A stretch of 64,000 nt of DNA from NCBI GenBank assembly GCA_009711705.1, contig VENG01000001.1, positions 139,889 through 203,888 on the forward strand, given 5' to 3'. Positions 18,266 through 26,792 of this stretch are shown here, piece after piece. The translations under genes and the position numbers were made by a program. Below the pieces are notes generated by a model. It searched no databases and had not been told where the DNA came from. It was given only the letters and a program-made list of their open reading frames with translations. The stretch comes from Bacillota bacterium. GTDB taxonomy: Bacteria > Bacillota > Desulfotomaculia > Desulfotomaculales > VENG01. Every line of letters begins with the position of its first letter. The stretch's first letter is position 1.

Positions 18266-18982
18266 TCAAGCACCCAGATAAGCTTTAACGATACTTTCAT
18301 CCTCTTTTAATTCCGAGCCGTAACCTTCCATAACCAGCTCACCTGTTTCCAAAACGTACCCATAGTCCGCCAGTTTGAGAGCCATTTTGGCATTCTGCTC
18401 TACAAGAAGGATTGTGGTTCCTTCCTTGTTTAAGGTCCTGATTATGTTCATGATTTCTTGCACAATAATAGGTGCTAACCCCATTGATGGCTCATCTAAA
18501 AGCAAAAGTTTGGGTTGCACCATCATTGCTCTGCCAATGGCCAGCATTTGCTGCTCACCGCCGGATAAAGTTCCTCCGTCTTGCTTTCTGCGTTCTTTCA
18601 AAATGGGAAACATGTCAAATACATGGTGCATTCTTTTGCGGAGCTCTACGTCATCATTTAAAGTGTAGGCTCCCAAGTCCAAATTTTCCTGTACAGTCAA
18701 ATCCCTAAAAATACGTCGTCCTTCAGGAACATGGATTAGACCCGTTTCCACAATGTTATGTGGTAACTCTTTAGTAATATCTTGGCCCATAAACTCAACT
18801 GTTCCGGCGGACGCCTGTACTAAACCCGATATAGTTTTTAAAGTGGTGCTTTTACCGGCCCCGTTACTTCCTAAAATGGTGACTATTTGCCCTTCATTAA
18901 CTATCAGGTTAATTCCACGCAAAGCATGAATCTTACCATAATGGGTCTCCAAATTTTGAAGTCTGAGGATGACATCACTCAT
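18266..18982 (-). CDS. livF: Branched-chain/neutral amino-acid ABC transporter ATP-binding protein (LivF type)
   Basis: Walker A GSNGAGKST, LSGGEQQM and LLLLDEPS. Confidence 0.9.
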   Translation of the reverse strand: MSDVILRLQNLETHYGKIHALRGINLIVNEGQIVTILGSNGAGKSTTLKTISGLVQASAGTVEFMGQDITKELPHNIVETGLIHVPEGRRIFRDLTVQENLDLGAYTLNDDVELRKRMHHVFDMFPILKERRKQDGGTLSGGEQQMLAIGRAMMVQPKLLLLDEPSMGLAPIIVQEIMNIIRTLNKEGTTILLVEQNAKMALKLADYGYVLETGELVMEGYGSELKEDESIVKAYLGA

Positions 18983-19785
18983 ACCGCCTCCTCCTCATCT
19001 TTGCCGAGATAAGCCTCAATGACCCTGGGGTTATTTTTGATTTCGTCCGCAGTGCCTTCAGCAATCATTTGTCCATAATCAATTACAATAATCTTTTCTG
19101 AAACATTCATCACCAATCCCATATCGTGCTCGATTAAAAGAATGGTAATCTTCAGTTCCCGCCTTATTCTTTTCATTAATTCTATTAATTGGGCTTTCTC
19201 ATCGTAATTCAAACCGGCACCCGGTTCATCAAGCAGCAGTAATTTTGGTTGCGTGGCAAGGGCCCTCGCCCATTCTAATCGCCTTTGATCCCCGTAAGGG
19301 AGGTTTTGAGCTAAACGATCTTTTTGATCAAGTATGCCAACAAAGTCAAGACATTCTTCACTGAATTCTCTAGTCTTTTTTTCCTCAGCACGCTGGGCGG
19401 GTAAGCGCAGAATTGAACTGATAATTCCTGCAGAACAGCGACAGTGCATGCCTGACATTACGTTCTCTAAAACTGTCTTATTTTTAAATAATCTCAAATT
19501 TTGGAAGGTTCTGGCTATGCCTGATTCAGTTATTTTAAACGGCCTTTTTCTCATCAAGCTTTTGCCGCAAAACAGTATTTCCCCCTCGTTAGCCTTATAA
19601 AATCCCGTTAAACAGTTAAAGGCCGAAGTTTTACCTGCACCGTTCGGCCCAATAAGCGCTGTGATTGAGTTGTCTTCAATTGTGAAGCTCAGGTTATTAA
19701 TAGCCGTTAAGCCACCAAATCTTAAAGTTAGATTTCTAACGTCTAAAATTGCCATACCAACCCTCTTCCTTGTGTTGTTTTTCAA
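18979..19785 (-). CDS. livG: Branched-chain/neutral amino-acid ABC transporter ATP-binding protein (LivG type)
   Basis: Walker A GPNGAGKTS and LLLLDEPGAGL, with a 4-nt overlap with neighbours on both sides. Confidence 0.9.
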   Translation of the reverse strand: MKNNTRKRVGMAILDVRNLTLRFGGLTAINNLSFTIEDNSITALIGPNGAGKTSAFNCLTGFYKANEGEILFCGKSLMRKRPFKITESGIARTFQNLRLFKNKTVLENVMSGMHCRCSAGIISSILRLPAQRAEEKKTREFSEECLDFVGILDQKDRLAQNLPYGDQRRLEWARALATQPKLLLLDEPGAGLNYDEKAQLIELMKRIRRELKITILLIEHDMGLVMNVSEKIIVIDYGQMIAEGTADEIKNNPRVIEAYLGKDEEEAV

Positions 19786-20786
19786 CTACGCCTTGTAGGC
19801 CATATTCCTTGCGGGCGGAAAATCATGATGATTAGCAGTACAATACCGAAAACCAGCATCCTCATATCGCCGATACCTCTAAATATCTCGGGGAAAAAGA
19901 CAAGGAGCAATGCTCCAACGATAACGCCCTGGATTTTGCCCATGCCACCGAGCACTACAGCCAGTAATATCATAGCTGACTGGGTAAATAAGAACGTTTC
20001 AGGCGAAATGGCGGTCATTTTTACAGCAAAGAAAGAGCCTGCTACTCCACCGAAAACTGCACCCATTACGTATGCGTAGAGTTTGTATCTTACGCGATCA
20101 ATTCCCATTGCCTCGGCTGCATCCTCGTCTTCACGAATGTATTCCCATGCTCTGCCCAGCCTGGAATTGTACAGCCGGTGTGAAATAAATATGGCCAAAA
20201 TAACTAAGACAAAAAATACGAAATAAAAATGGTGTATTTGGTAGAGCCTCATGCCGAACAACATTGGCCTTTCAATCCCGATAAGGCCACTGGCTCCACC
20301 GGTTATCTCCAGATTCCTTGCCGCAATTCGTGTAATTTCACCAAATCCCAGAGTTACAATAGCTAAATAATCACTACGCAATCTTAGTGTGGGACCGCCG
20401 ATGATGACACCGGCTATAACTGAAAACAGTATACTGAAAGGAATGGTCAGCCAAAAGTTGAATCCAAACTGAGATGTAAGAATGCCGGTTGTGTACGCGC
20501 CAACTGCAAAAAAAGCTGCGTATCCAAGGTCAAGTAAACCTGCATAACCGACAACTATATTTAACCCTAAACATAATATTATGTAAAAATAGGCATTAGT
20601 AAAAACTTCCAACACGTAATTATTGGCAAAGGACGGTATAACCAGTGCAGTTATCACCAGGGCGGCATAAACACTGTAACGGATTCGTTTGTTACCTAGC
20701 AATTCATAAAGCATATCAGTAAACCGGCTTGGAGAAAGCGGTTTTTGTATTTCTTTTTCCATTACCTTTGGGTTCTCTGCACTCAT
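19782..20786 (-). CDS. livM: ABC transporter permease (LivM type)
   Basis: 334-aa polytopic membrane ORF in the liv gene order. Confidence 0.85.
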   Translation of the reverse strand: MSAENPKVMEKEIQKPLSPSRFTDMLYELLGNKRIRYSVYAALVITALVIPSFANNYVLEVFTNAYFYIILCLGLNIVVGYAGLLDLGYAAFFAVGAYTTGILTSQFGFNFWLTIPFSILFSVIAGVIIGGPTLRLRSDYLAIVTLGFGEITRIAARNLEITGGASGLIGIERPMLFGMRLYQIHHFYFVFFVLVILAIFISHRLYNSRLGRAWEYIREDEDAAEAMGIDRVRYKLYAYVMGAVFGGVAGSFFAVKMTAISPETFLFTQSAMILLAVVLGGMGKIQGVIVGALLLVFFPEIFRGIGDMRMLVFGIVLLIIMIFRPQGIWPTRRS

Positions 20787-20791
20787 TTGCG

Positions 20792-21706
20792 CTACATCCT
20801 CTCAGTCTCGGTTTTACCTAATATGCCGGTGGGTTTGAACACAAGTAATAGAATCAAAATGCCAAAAGCAAAAACATCCTTCCATTCAGAACCGATAAAG
20901 GGCAGTTGAGTTCCTGCGGCTTCTAAAAGTCCCAGTACCAATCCTCCGATCATTGCTCCCGGAATGCTTCCGATACCACCGATAACGGCAGCTGTAAATG
21001 CTTTTAGACCAAGCACAAAACCCATAAAAAAGTGAATGCTGCCATAATAAACACCTGCCATAATGCCAGCAGCCGCAGCCAGGGCTGAGCCTATAAAAAA
21101 GGTGATTGCTATTATTTTATTTACGTTAATTCCCATAAGCCGGCAGGCATCTTTATCAAGTGCAATAGCCCGCATCGCTTTGCCATATTTGGTTTTAGAA
21201 ATAAAAAGGTTTAAAGAAATCATTAAGGTTGCAGTAGCTAAAACAAGTATAATTTGTGTATATGTAATATGTACATTACCCAAACCTACTCCTGCAAAAC
21301 CGAGGTCCGTAGTAAAGGCCTTAAATTCACCGTCCGTGAGTACCATTACCGAATTATATAACACCAGGGAGACGCCGATGGCTGTGATTAAAATGGATAA
21401 TCGAGGAGCATTTAGAAGAGGGCGGTAGGCTGCACGCTGAATTAATACCCCCAGGAGGCCCACCGCAATCATGCTGAAAACCATGGATATTAAAATTCCT
21501 AGCCAGCCGGCACCAACTATACCCGATACAAATGACAGTGCTATTAATCCCACAAAAGCCCCTGCCATATAAATATCCCCATGGGCAAAGTTTAACAACT
21601 TAATAATACCGTACACCATCGAATAACCCAGTGCTATAAGGCTGTAAAAAGAACCCAGTAACAGCCCGTTTACAAGCTGTTGCAGAAAAATATCAAATGT
21701 TGACAT
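20792..21706 (-). CDS. livH: ABC transporter permease (LivH type)
   Basis: 304-aa polytopic membrane ORF in the liv gene order. Confidence 0.85.
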   Translation of the reverse strand: MSTFDIFLQQLVNGLLLGSFYSLIALGYSMVYGIIKLLNFAHGDIYMAGAFVGLIALSFVSGIVGAGWLGILISMVFSMIAVGLLGVLIQRAAYRPLLNAPRLSILITAIGVSLVLYNSVMVLTDGEFKAFTTDLGFAGVGLGNVHITYTQIILVLATATLMISLNLFISKTKYGKAMRAIALDKDACRLMGINVNKIIAITFFIGSALAAAAGIMAGVYYGSIHFFMGFVLGLKAFTAAVIGGIGSIPGAMIGGLVLGLLEAAGTQLPFIGSEWKDVFAFGILILLLVFKPTGILGKTETERM

Positions 21707-21827
21707 ACCCTCATCCTTCCAATTTGGCTAAGTGTGTGATTATAGGAAAGGGGGAGTTACCCCTTGAAATTAATCTCATAAGGATAACTCCCGAAATAAT
21801 TGATTATTTTGTTACCTCGAAAATTTT

Positions 21828-23000
21828 TTACTCAATTAGCTGCCATTGCCCGCCTGTTGCTTCTAAGAGCACAAAGTTACTATTGGCGAGAGCATTATTA
21901 TCGGCAATAGTGGTTTTACCTGAAATGCCCTGGAATCCTTCAGTTTCTTTTAAGGCTTTAATAATGGCATCTCCGTCTGTGGATCCGGCTCTTTCTATAG
22001 CATCTTTCATCAGATGCATTCCATCATAGGCCAGCGAAGAATAAGGTCCCGGGTCCTGGTTATAATTGGTTTTGTAGTTCTCCATAAATTCTTTGGCTGC
22101 CGGTAAATACTCTACCATGGGGTTAGAAGTACAAACAACACCCTCAGCTGCATTTCCTGCAATTTCCATTAGTTTGGGTGAATTAGAACCGTCACCAACG
22201 GCAATTTCACCTTGGAAGCCGCCCTGCCTGAGCTGCTTAATAAGGAGGGCACCGTCAGCATAATAAGCTGTCCAGTATACTGCATCCGGGTTTTTGGATT
22301 TTATGCTGGTGACCAGGGATGAAAAGTCTTGTTCGCCCTTATTGATTACTTCAAAGGCAACTACTTCATGTCCTGCTTCTTCCCATGCCTCTCTGGTTAA
22401 CTTGGCCAGGTCTTCCGAGTACCCATCACCTTGGTGGACGATGGCCAGTTTTTCAACATCCCATATATCTTCGAACAATTCAAGTGCTTTTTCAGCCTGA
22501 TGGAACCCTGTTCCGTTAATCTGAACGGCATTTCCAGGATTTTCGTCAATGATCTTAGTAGAGTTTGCCACCGGAATAACCTGCGGTATATTGGCGTCAG
22601 CAAATACGTTCAATGTTGGTAGTGTGGCACCTGAACTGTATCCACCCACAACGCTTACTACGTCTGATGATACCAGTTTTGTAGCAGCAGACGTCGACTG
22701 TTGTGGGTCAGCTGCTGTGTCACCCGAAATGGTAACTAATTTTTTGCCTAGAATGCCACCTTCGGCATTAATTTCGTCAGCCGCCATTTTCATGGCATTT
22801 TCCATGTCCTTGCCATAGGTAGCCTCAGAGCCGGTAAGTGGAATCATCAAACCTATTTTTATTTCGCCATCGTAGTTAATTTCTTCAGCCTGTCCTTCAT
22901 TACCGCCGGGCTGTTCTTCCGCCTGTTGACCCCCACAGCCAAATAAGGTTAGAGATAACAGTAATACTAATGCAACAAGGCCAAAATACTTTTTAGACAT
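21828..23000 (-). CDS. Lipoprotein substrate-binding protein of the Leu/Ile/Val-binding (type 1 PBP) family
   Basis: Start re-set to the ATG at 23000 (GGGAGG RBS). Lipobox signal MSKKYFGLVALVLLLSLTLFGC. The ORF-track extension to 23174 has no RBS. Confidence 0.85.
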   Translation of the reverse strand: MSKKYFGLVALVLLLSLTLFGCGGQQAEEQPGGNEGQAEEINYDGEIKIGLMIPLTGSEATYGKDMENAMKMAADEINAEGGILGKKLVTISGDTAADPQQSTSAATKLVSSDVVSVVGGYSSGATLPTLNVFADANIPQVIPVANSTKIIDENPGNAVQINGTGFHQAEKALELFEDIWDVEKLAIVHQGDGYSEDLAKLTREAWEEAGHEVVAFEVINKGEQDFSSLVTSIKSKNPDAVYWTAYYADGALLIKQLRQGGFQGEIAVGDGSNSPKLMEIAGNAAEGVVCTSNPMVEYLPAAKEFMENYKTNYNQDPGPYSSLAYDGMHLMKDAIERAGSTDGDAIIKALKETEGFQGISGKTTIADNNALANSNFVLLEATGGQWQLIE

Positions 23001-23227
23001 AATGTAACCTCCCGTTTTCTTTTGTAAGACAAGCATTTTTAAGACTATTTTATTTTTCGGAACCTGCACCTCCTTTGGGTTGACAATCTTCTTGCCTCCC
23101 CTTGTTTCTACGATACCCTGCAGGAATAAATTCATTTTGTTCAGAAGCACAAGGTGCCCAATAAATTCCCCCACGGTAGATCCGCCAATATTCTCATTGA
23201 ATTATGCTTGTCCCGCGCAAAAATAAT

Positions 23228-23267
23228 AGCCGGCCTCAGAGCCACTGTTTCCGCTCTTATGCCGGCT
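23228..23267 (-). terminator. Terminator-like interrupted hairpin in the putA-to-SBP spacer
   Basis: Outer stem agccggc/gccggct and inner stem agagc/gctct, followed on the minus strand by UAUUAUUUUU. Confidence 0.4.
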
Positions 23268-23338
23268 CTCATGCAGTCTATGTTTAGAAGTTTTGCTGCT
23301 AGGCCAAATCTTACTAAATAGTCAAAAAACTATATAAT

Positions 23339-23367
23339 ATTATATCTTCCTGCGCAAGAAAAGGCAA
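23339..23367 (-). promoter_or_regulatory. Candidate sigma-A promoter (TTGCCT-17-TATAAT) for the transporter-activase-GRE operon
   Basis: Read on the minus strand: perfect -10 hexamer, 17-nt spacer and a 4/6 -35 hexamer. Confidence 0.35.
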
Positions 23368-23498
23368 CAGTGAAGCTTATCCCGTCTACGCTATACTGAA
23401 AGCCGGGAGCTTGCTGATTCATATTGTTATCTGTTACTAATCTTATTTTACAGTAGTTTTTGGTAAAATACAATCAAATTACAGTGAAGCTACCGGCG

Positions 23499-26495
23499 TT
23501 ATTCGTCCCCTTCCTCCTCCGGGGCAAAGCCGCGGCGCAGGGTATTTTCCACTACTACACGGGGTACGGTAAACTGCAGCAGGTAATCAGGTCCACCGGC
23601 TTTAGAACCTACTCCGGACATCTTAAAGCCGCCAAAGGGATGTCTTTCTACGATGGCAGCAGTGCAACCACGGTTGATATACAAGTTACCTACCCTAAAT
23701 TCCTGCTTGGCCCGTTCAATATTCTCCGGGCTGCGTGAGAATACACCACCGGTTAGTGCGAATTGGGTGTTATTGGCTGCTCGTAAAGCCTCGTCAAAGT
23801 CACTGACTTTAATTACGCTCAGAACGGGACCGAAGATCTCTTCCTGCGCTAACCTGCTGTCCTTCTTAATCTGGTCGAATACAGTCAGCGGTGCATAATG
23901 ACCTTCCATTTCCGGCATTTCCCTACACAGAAGCATACGCCCTTCCTTCTGCCCCAGGTTAATATAAGACCTTATCTTTTTTTGCGCGGCATCGTCAATT
24001 ACTGCTCCCATGTACGATTCGGGCTGCTCTGCCGGGCCAATGTTAATGCTTTTTGCGGCCTCCACCAAGCGGTTGACAAACTTCTCATAATTTTCTTCTA
24101 ACACTATGGCCCTGGAACAGGCTGAGCACTTTTGCCCCTGGTAGCCGAAGGCTGAATAAATTGTATGCACTACCGCTTCATCGATGTCGGCGTCGGAATC
24201 GACAATAATGGCGTTTTTACCGCCCATCTCTGCTATTACTTTTTTTATACCCATGGCGCCTTCAGGGGTCTTTGCTGCCAGCGCGTTAATTCTTAGCCCC
24301 ACATCCATGGAGCCGGTAAAGGCCACGAAGGTTGTGTCCCGGTGGCAGACCAGGTAATCACCGATTTTATCTCCGGGGCCGGGCAGGAAATTCAACACTC
24401 CGTCCGGTAGGCCGGATTCAGCAAATATGCGGTATACCTCGGCCCCCACCACTGGGGATTGGGAAGCTGGTTTATAGATAACGGTATTGCCGGTGACGAG
24501 GGCGGCCGAAGTCATACCCACCGAGATGGCAAAGGGGAAGTTCCACGGGGCGATTACCACTCCTAATCCACGAGGTTCGTAAAACATGCGGCTTACTTCT
24601 CCCGGTGCCCTGCCCATGCGACGTTGAGGCGATAGACGTATCATTTCCCGGCCGTAATATTCCAGGAAATCGATTGCTTCACAAACCTCAGCATCTGCTT
24701 CGCTCCAACTTCTGCCTACTTCCAGTACTTCCAGGGCAACCAGCTCTCTGCGGCGTTTTTTTGCTATTTTAGCTGCCTTGAATAAGTAGTCCGCCCGTTC
24801 CCGGGAAGTGGTATCACGCCAGGCGGGAAAAGCTCCCCGTGCAGCGTTGACCGCTCTCTCTGCTTCTTCCTGTCCGGCAGAAGCAACAGATCCTATTATT
24901 TCAGACGGTTTATTGGGGTTAGTAGATACAATTTCTTTTCTGGTGGCCACTTCATTGCCACCAATAAACAAGGGTATTTGGTTACCTAAATTGTTCCTGA
25001 CTACTTGTAGTGCCTGCTTGAAATTTTCTCTATTCTCTTCTATAGTCCAGTCAAAGACTGGTTCGTTTCGAAAGATTCCGTGGCCAGCGTATTCCGGCAT
25101 GGAAACCACCGGTTGTTCAGGAGTGGGGTTTTCCTTGAGCAGTTCCAGCGGGTTGCGCAGGAGATAGTCCTTAGATGCTCCTTCAGCGAAACTCTGCCGC
25201 AGGAAGGATTCGTTAGCCGTGTTTTCTAAAAGCCGGCGTACCAGATAGGCCATGCCCGGAATCATTTCCCCAACGGGAGCGTACAGGCGCAACTTTAGCC
25301 CGGCTTTGCGCAGGGCTGTACGTACCGGTTCTGCCATGCCATAAAGCACTTGATATTCAAGGTGTTCTTCGGGGACCTGAAGTTCCTCAGCTTTTTCCAT
25401 CACATAAGCTATGGATCGGATATTATGCGATGCACAGGCAAAGGATACGTAATCATGGTTTTCCAGCAGAATTTGAGATAATTTTTCGAAGTTGGCATCT
25501 GTTTCAAATTTGTTGGAAAAAACTGGTATTTCCCAATTTTTCTGTTTAGCCAGGATTACTTCTGCGTCCCAGTAGGCACCCTTAACCAGGCGTATGGTAA
25601 TGCGCTGTTCCTTTTCTTTAGCCCACTCAATTAAATGCAAAAGGTCTTGCTCGCTATCCTGTAAATAAGCCTGTATGACTACCCCGGTGTGCGGGTAAGA
25701 GTTAAACTCTTCTTCTTCCAGCAGGCTTTTATAAAGGTCCAGAGTTAAGTTTTTAAGCAGGGTATGCTCTAAGTCCAGCATTACGAAAAAACCCTCACGC
25801 ATGGCCACACGGAAAATGGGACGCAATCGCTCCTTGGCCTTGGCTATGGAAAAAGTAAAATTTTTAGGATCCATCTGGGAATACATGGCCGAAGGTTTGA
25901 TGGAGATGTTTACCTTTGGTGCATGTCCCCAGTCAAGTTGACCTTTACCTCCCCCCAGAGGTTGCCATTTTTGCTGCTCCCCGGCCATGATGGTAACCAA
26001 ATCCATGTATCTGTTATAATATTCATCTGCTTCCTTTTCAGAAACAACTGCCTCGCCCAGGAGGTCCACCGTAAAAGCTACGCCGTCCTTACGTATCTTT
26101 TTAAGCGCAGGTAAAGCATCCTTGGCATCCACACCGGAGATGAACTGCCGGGCCATACTGCTAATATTGGAGGAGATGGTTTTGGCCACCATTTTAGCTG
26201 CCATAGAATTAGGTGACAGCTTATTCAACCCCCATTGCAGGCTGGCGGGAAATTCCTGGTCGGGAGCGCAAAAATATTCCTGTAGGTGCTTGGCTACAGA
26301 TTCAGAACGACTCAGGTAAGGAAAGACATCCACAAACCTGAACATCTGTAGCTTAAAGGCTTCGTCGCTCATACACCAATCCATTACTTTACCGGTCCAA
26401 AAGTCTTTCTTGAAAATAGACGATGTTTCCCCTTCAATCTTCTGGTAGAGCTCAAGGCCTCTTTGGACTACCTTCTCTTCAAATTCTTTGTGCAT
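23499..26495 (-). CDS. putA: Bifunctional proline dehydrogenase / L-glutamate-gamma-semialdehyde (P5C) dehydrogenase
   Basis: ~998 aa with an N-terminal PRODH barrel region and a C-terminal aldehyde dehydrogenase domain (FTGS..., EMGGKNA, QGQKCSA catalytic Cys). The ATG at 26495 has a GAGGTGA RBS. The ORF track starts at a TTG at 26498. Confidence 0.9.
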   Translation of the reverse strand: MHKEFEEKVVQRGLELYQKIEGETSSIFKKDFWTGKVMDWCMSDEAFKLQMFRFVDVFPYLSRSESVAKHLQEYFCAPDQEFPASLQWGLNKLSPNSMAAKMVAKTISSNISSMARQFISGVDAKDALPALKKIRKDGVAFTVDLLGEAVVSEKEADEYYNRYMDLVTIMAGEQQKWQPLGGGKGQLDWGHAPKVNISIKPSAMYSQMDPKNFTFSIAKAKERLRPIFRVAMREGFFVMLDLEHTLLKNLTLDLYKSLLEEEEFNSYPHTGVVIQAYLQDSEQDLLHLIEWAKEKEQRITIRLVKGAYWDAEVILAKQKNWEIPVFSNKFETDANFEKLSQILLENHDYVSFACASHNIRSIAYVMEKAEELQVPEEHLEYQVLYGMAEPVRTALRKAGLKLRLYAPVGEMIPGMAYLVRRLLENTANESFLRQSFAEGASKDYLLRNPLELLKENPTPEQPVVSMPEYAGHGIFRNEPVFDWTIEENRENFKQALQVVRNNLGNQIPLFIGGNEVATRKEIVSTNPNKPSEIIGSVASAGQEEAERAVNAARGAFPAWRDTTSRERADYLFKAAKIAKKRRRELVALEVLEVGRSWSEADAEVCEAIDFLEYYGREMIRLSPQRRMGRAPGEVSRMFYEPRGLGVVIAPWNFPFAISVGMTSAALVTGNTVIYKPASQSPVVGAEVYRIFAESGLPDGVLNFLPGPGDKIGDYLVCHRDTTFVAFTGSMDVGLRINALAAKTPEGAMGIKKVIAEMGGKNAIIVDSDADIDEAVVHTIYSAFGYQGQKCSACSRAIVLEENYEKFVNRLVEAAKSINIGPAEQPESYMGAVIDDAAQKKIRSYINLGQKEGRMLLCREMPEMEGHYAPLTVFDQIKKDSRLAQEEIFGPVLSVIKVSDFDEALRAANNTQFALTGGVFSRSPENIERAKQEFRVGNLYINRGCTAAIVERHPFGGFKMSGVGSKAGGPDYLLQFTVPRVVVENTLRRGFAPEEEGDE

Positions 26496-26630
26496 CAAAT
26501 TTCACCTCGCGTTAAGTTTTTGTGTCATTTATGGTTCAGCAATCTTTAATAATTGGTTGGCTTGCAAGTTATTAAAGGGTGTTAGATAATTCAGATAAAT
26601 TGCTCCGTATATTACTTGTAGCTTAAAAGT

Positions 26631-26646
26631 GCAAAAATCATTCCTG
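26631..26646 (-). promoter_or_regulatory. Candidate sigma-54 (-24/-12) promoter upstream of putA
   Basis: Minus strand reads AGGAATGATTTTTGCA. GG-N10-GC spacing is correct and 9/12 consensus positions of TGGCACG-N4-TTGCW match. It lies ~135 nt upstream of the putA ATG. Confidence 0.35.
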
Positions 26647-26706
26647 ATCGGCGAACAGCATTATTAGGCTCCTTAGCATTAATCTTTGTATTTATAAGCG
26701 TCTATT

Positions 26707-26775
26707 TTTCGACAGGTGTCAAATATTTGCTGATTTCATAAGAAAAAACAGGATGTTTTTTCGACTCACGCGAAA
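26707..26775. promoter_or_regulatory. Two 17-bp TTTCGAC-N5-..AAA sites 52 bp apart; candidate enhancer (UAS) for the sigma-54 activator
   Basis: tttcgacaggtgtcaaa (26707-26723) and tttcgactcacgcgaaa (26759-26775), centred ~85 and ~135 bp upstream of the -12 element. Confidence 0.3.
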
Positions 26776-26792
26776 TAGTTAGGTGAGAAGGA

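Noticed and set aside
23147-23165. TGGGCACCTTGTGCTT on the minus strand as a sigma-54 promoter for the transporter-GRE operon
   Set aside because: GG-to-GC spacing is 1-2 nt too short for a functional -24/-12 promoter.
23001-23174. 58-codon N-terminal extension of the substrate-binding protein ORF (track start at 23174)
   Set aside because: The upstream GTG has no RBS. A GGGAGG RBS and a lipoprotein signal peptide begin at the ATG at 23000.
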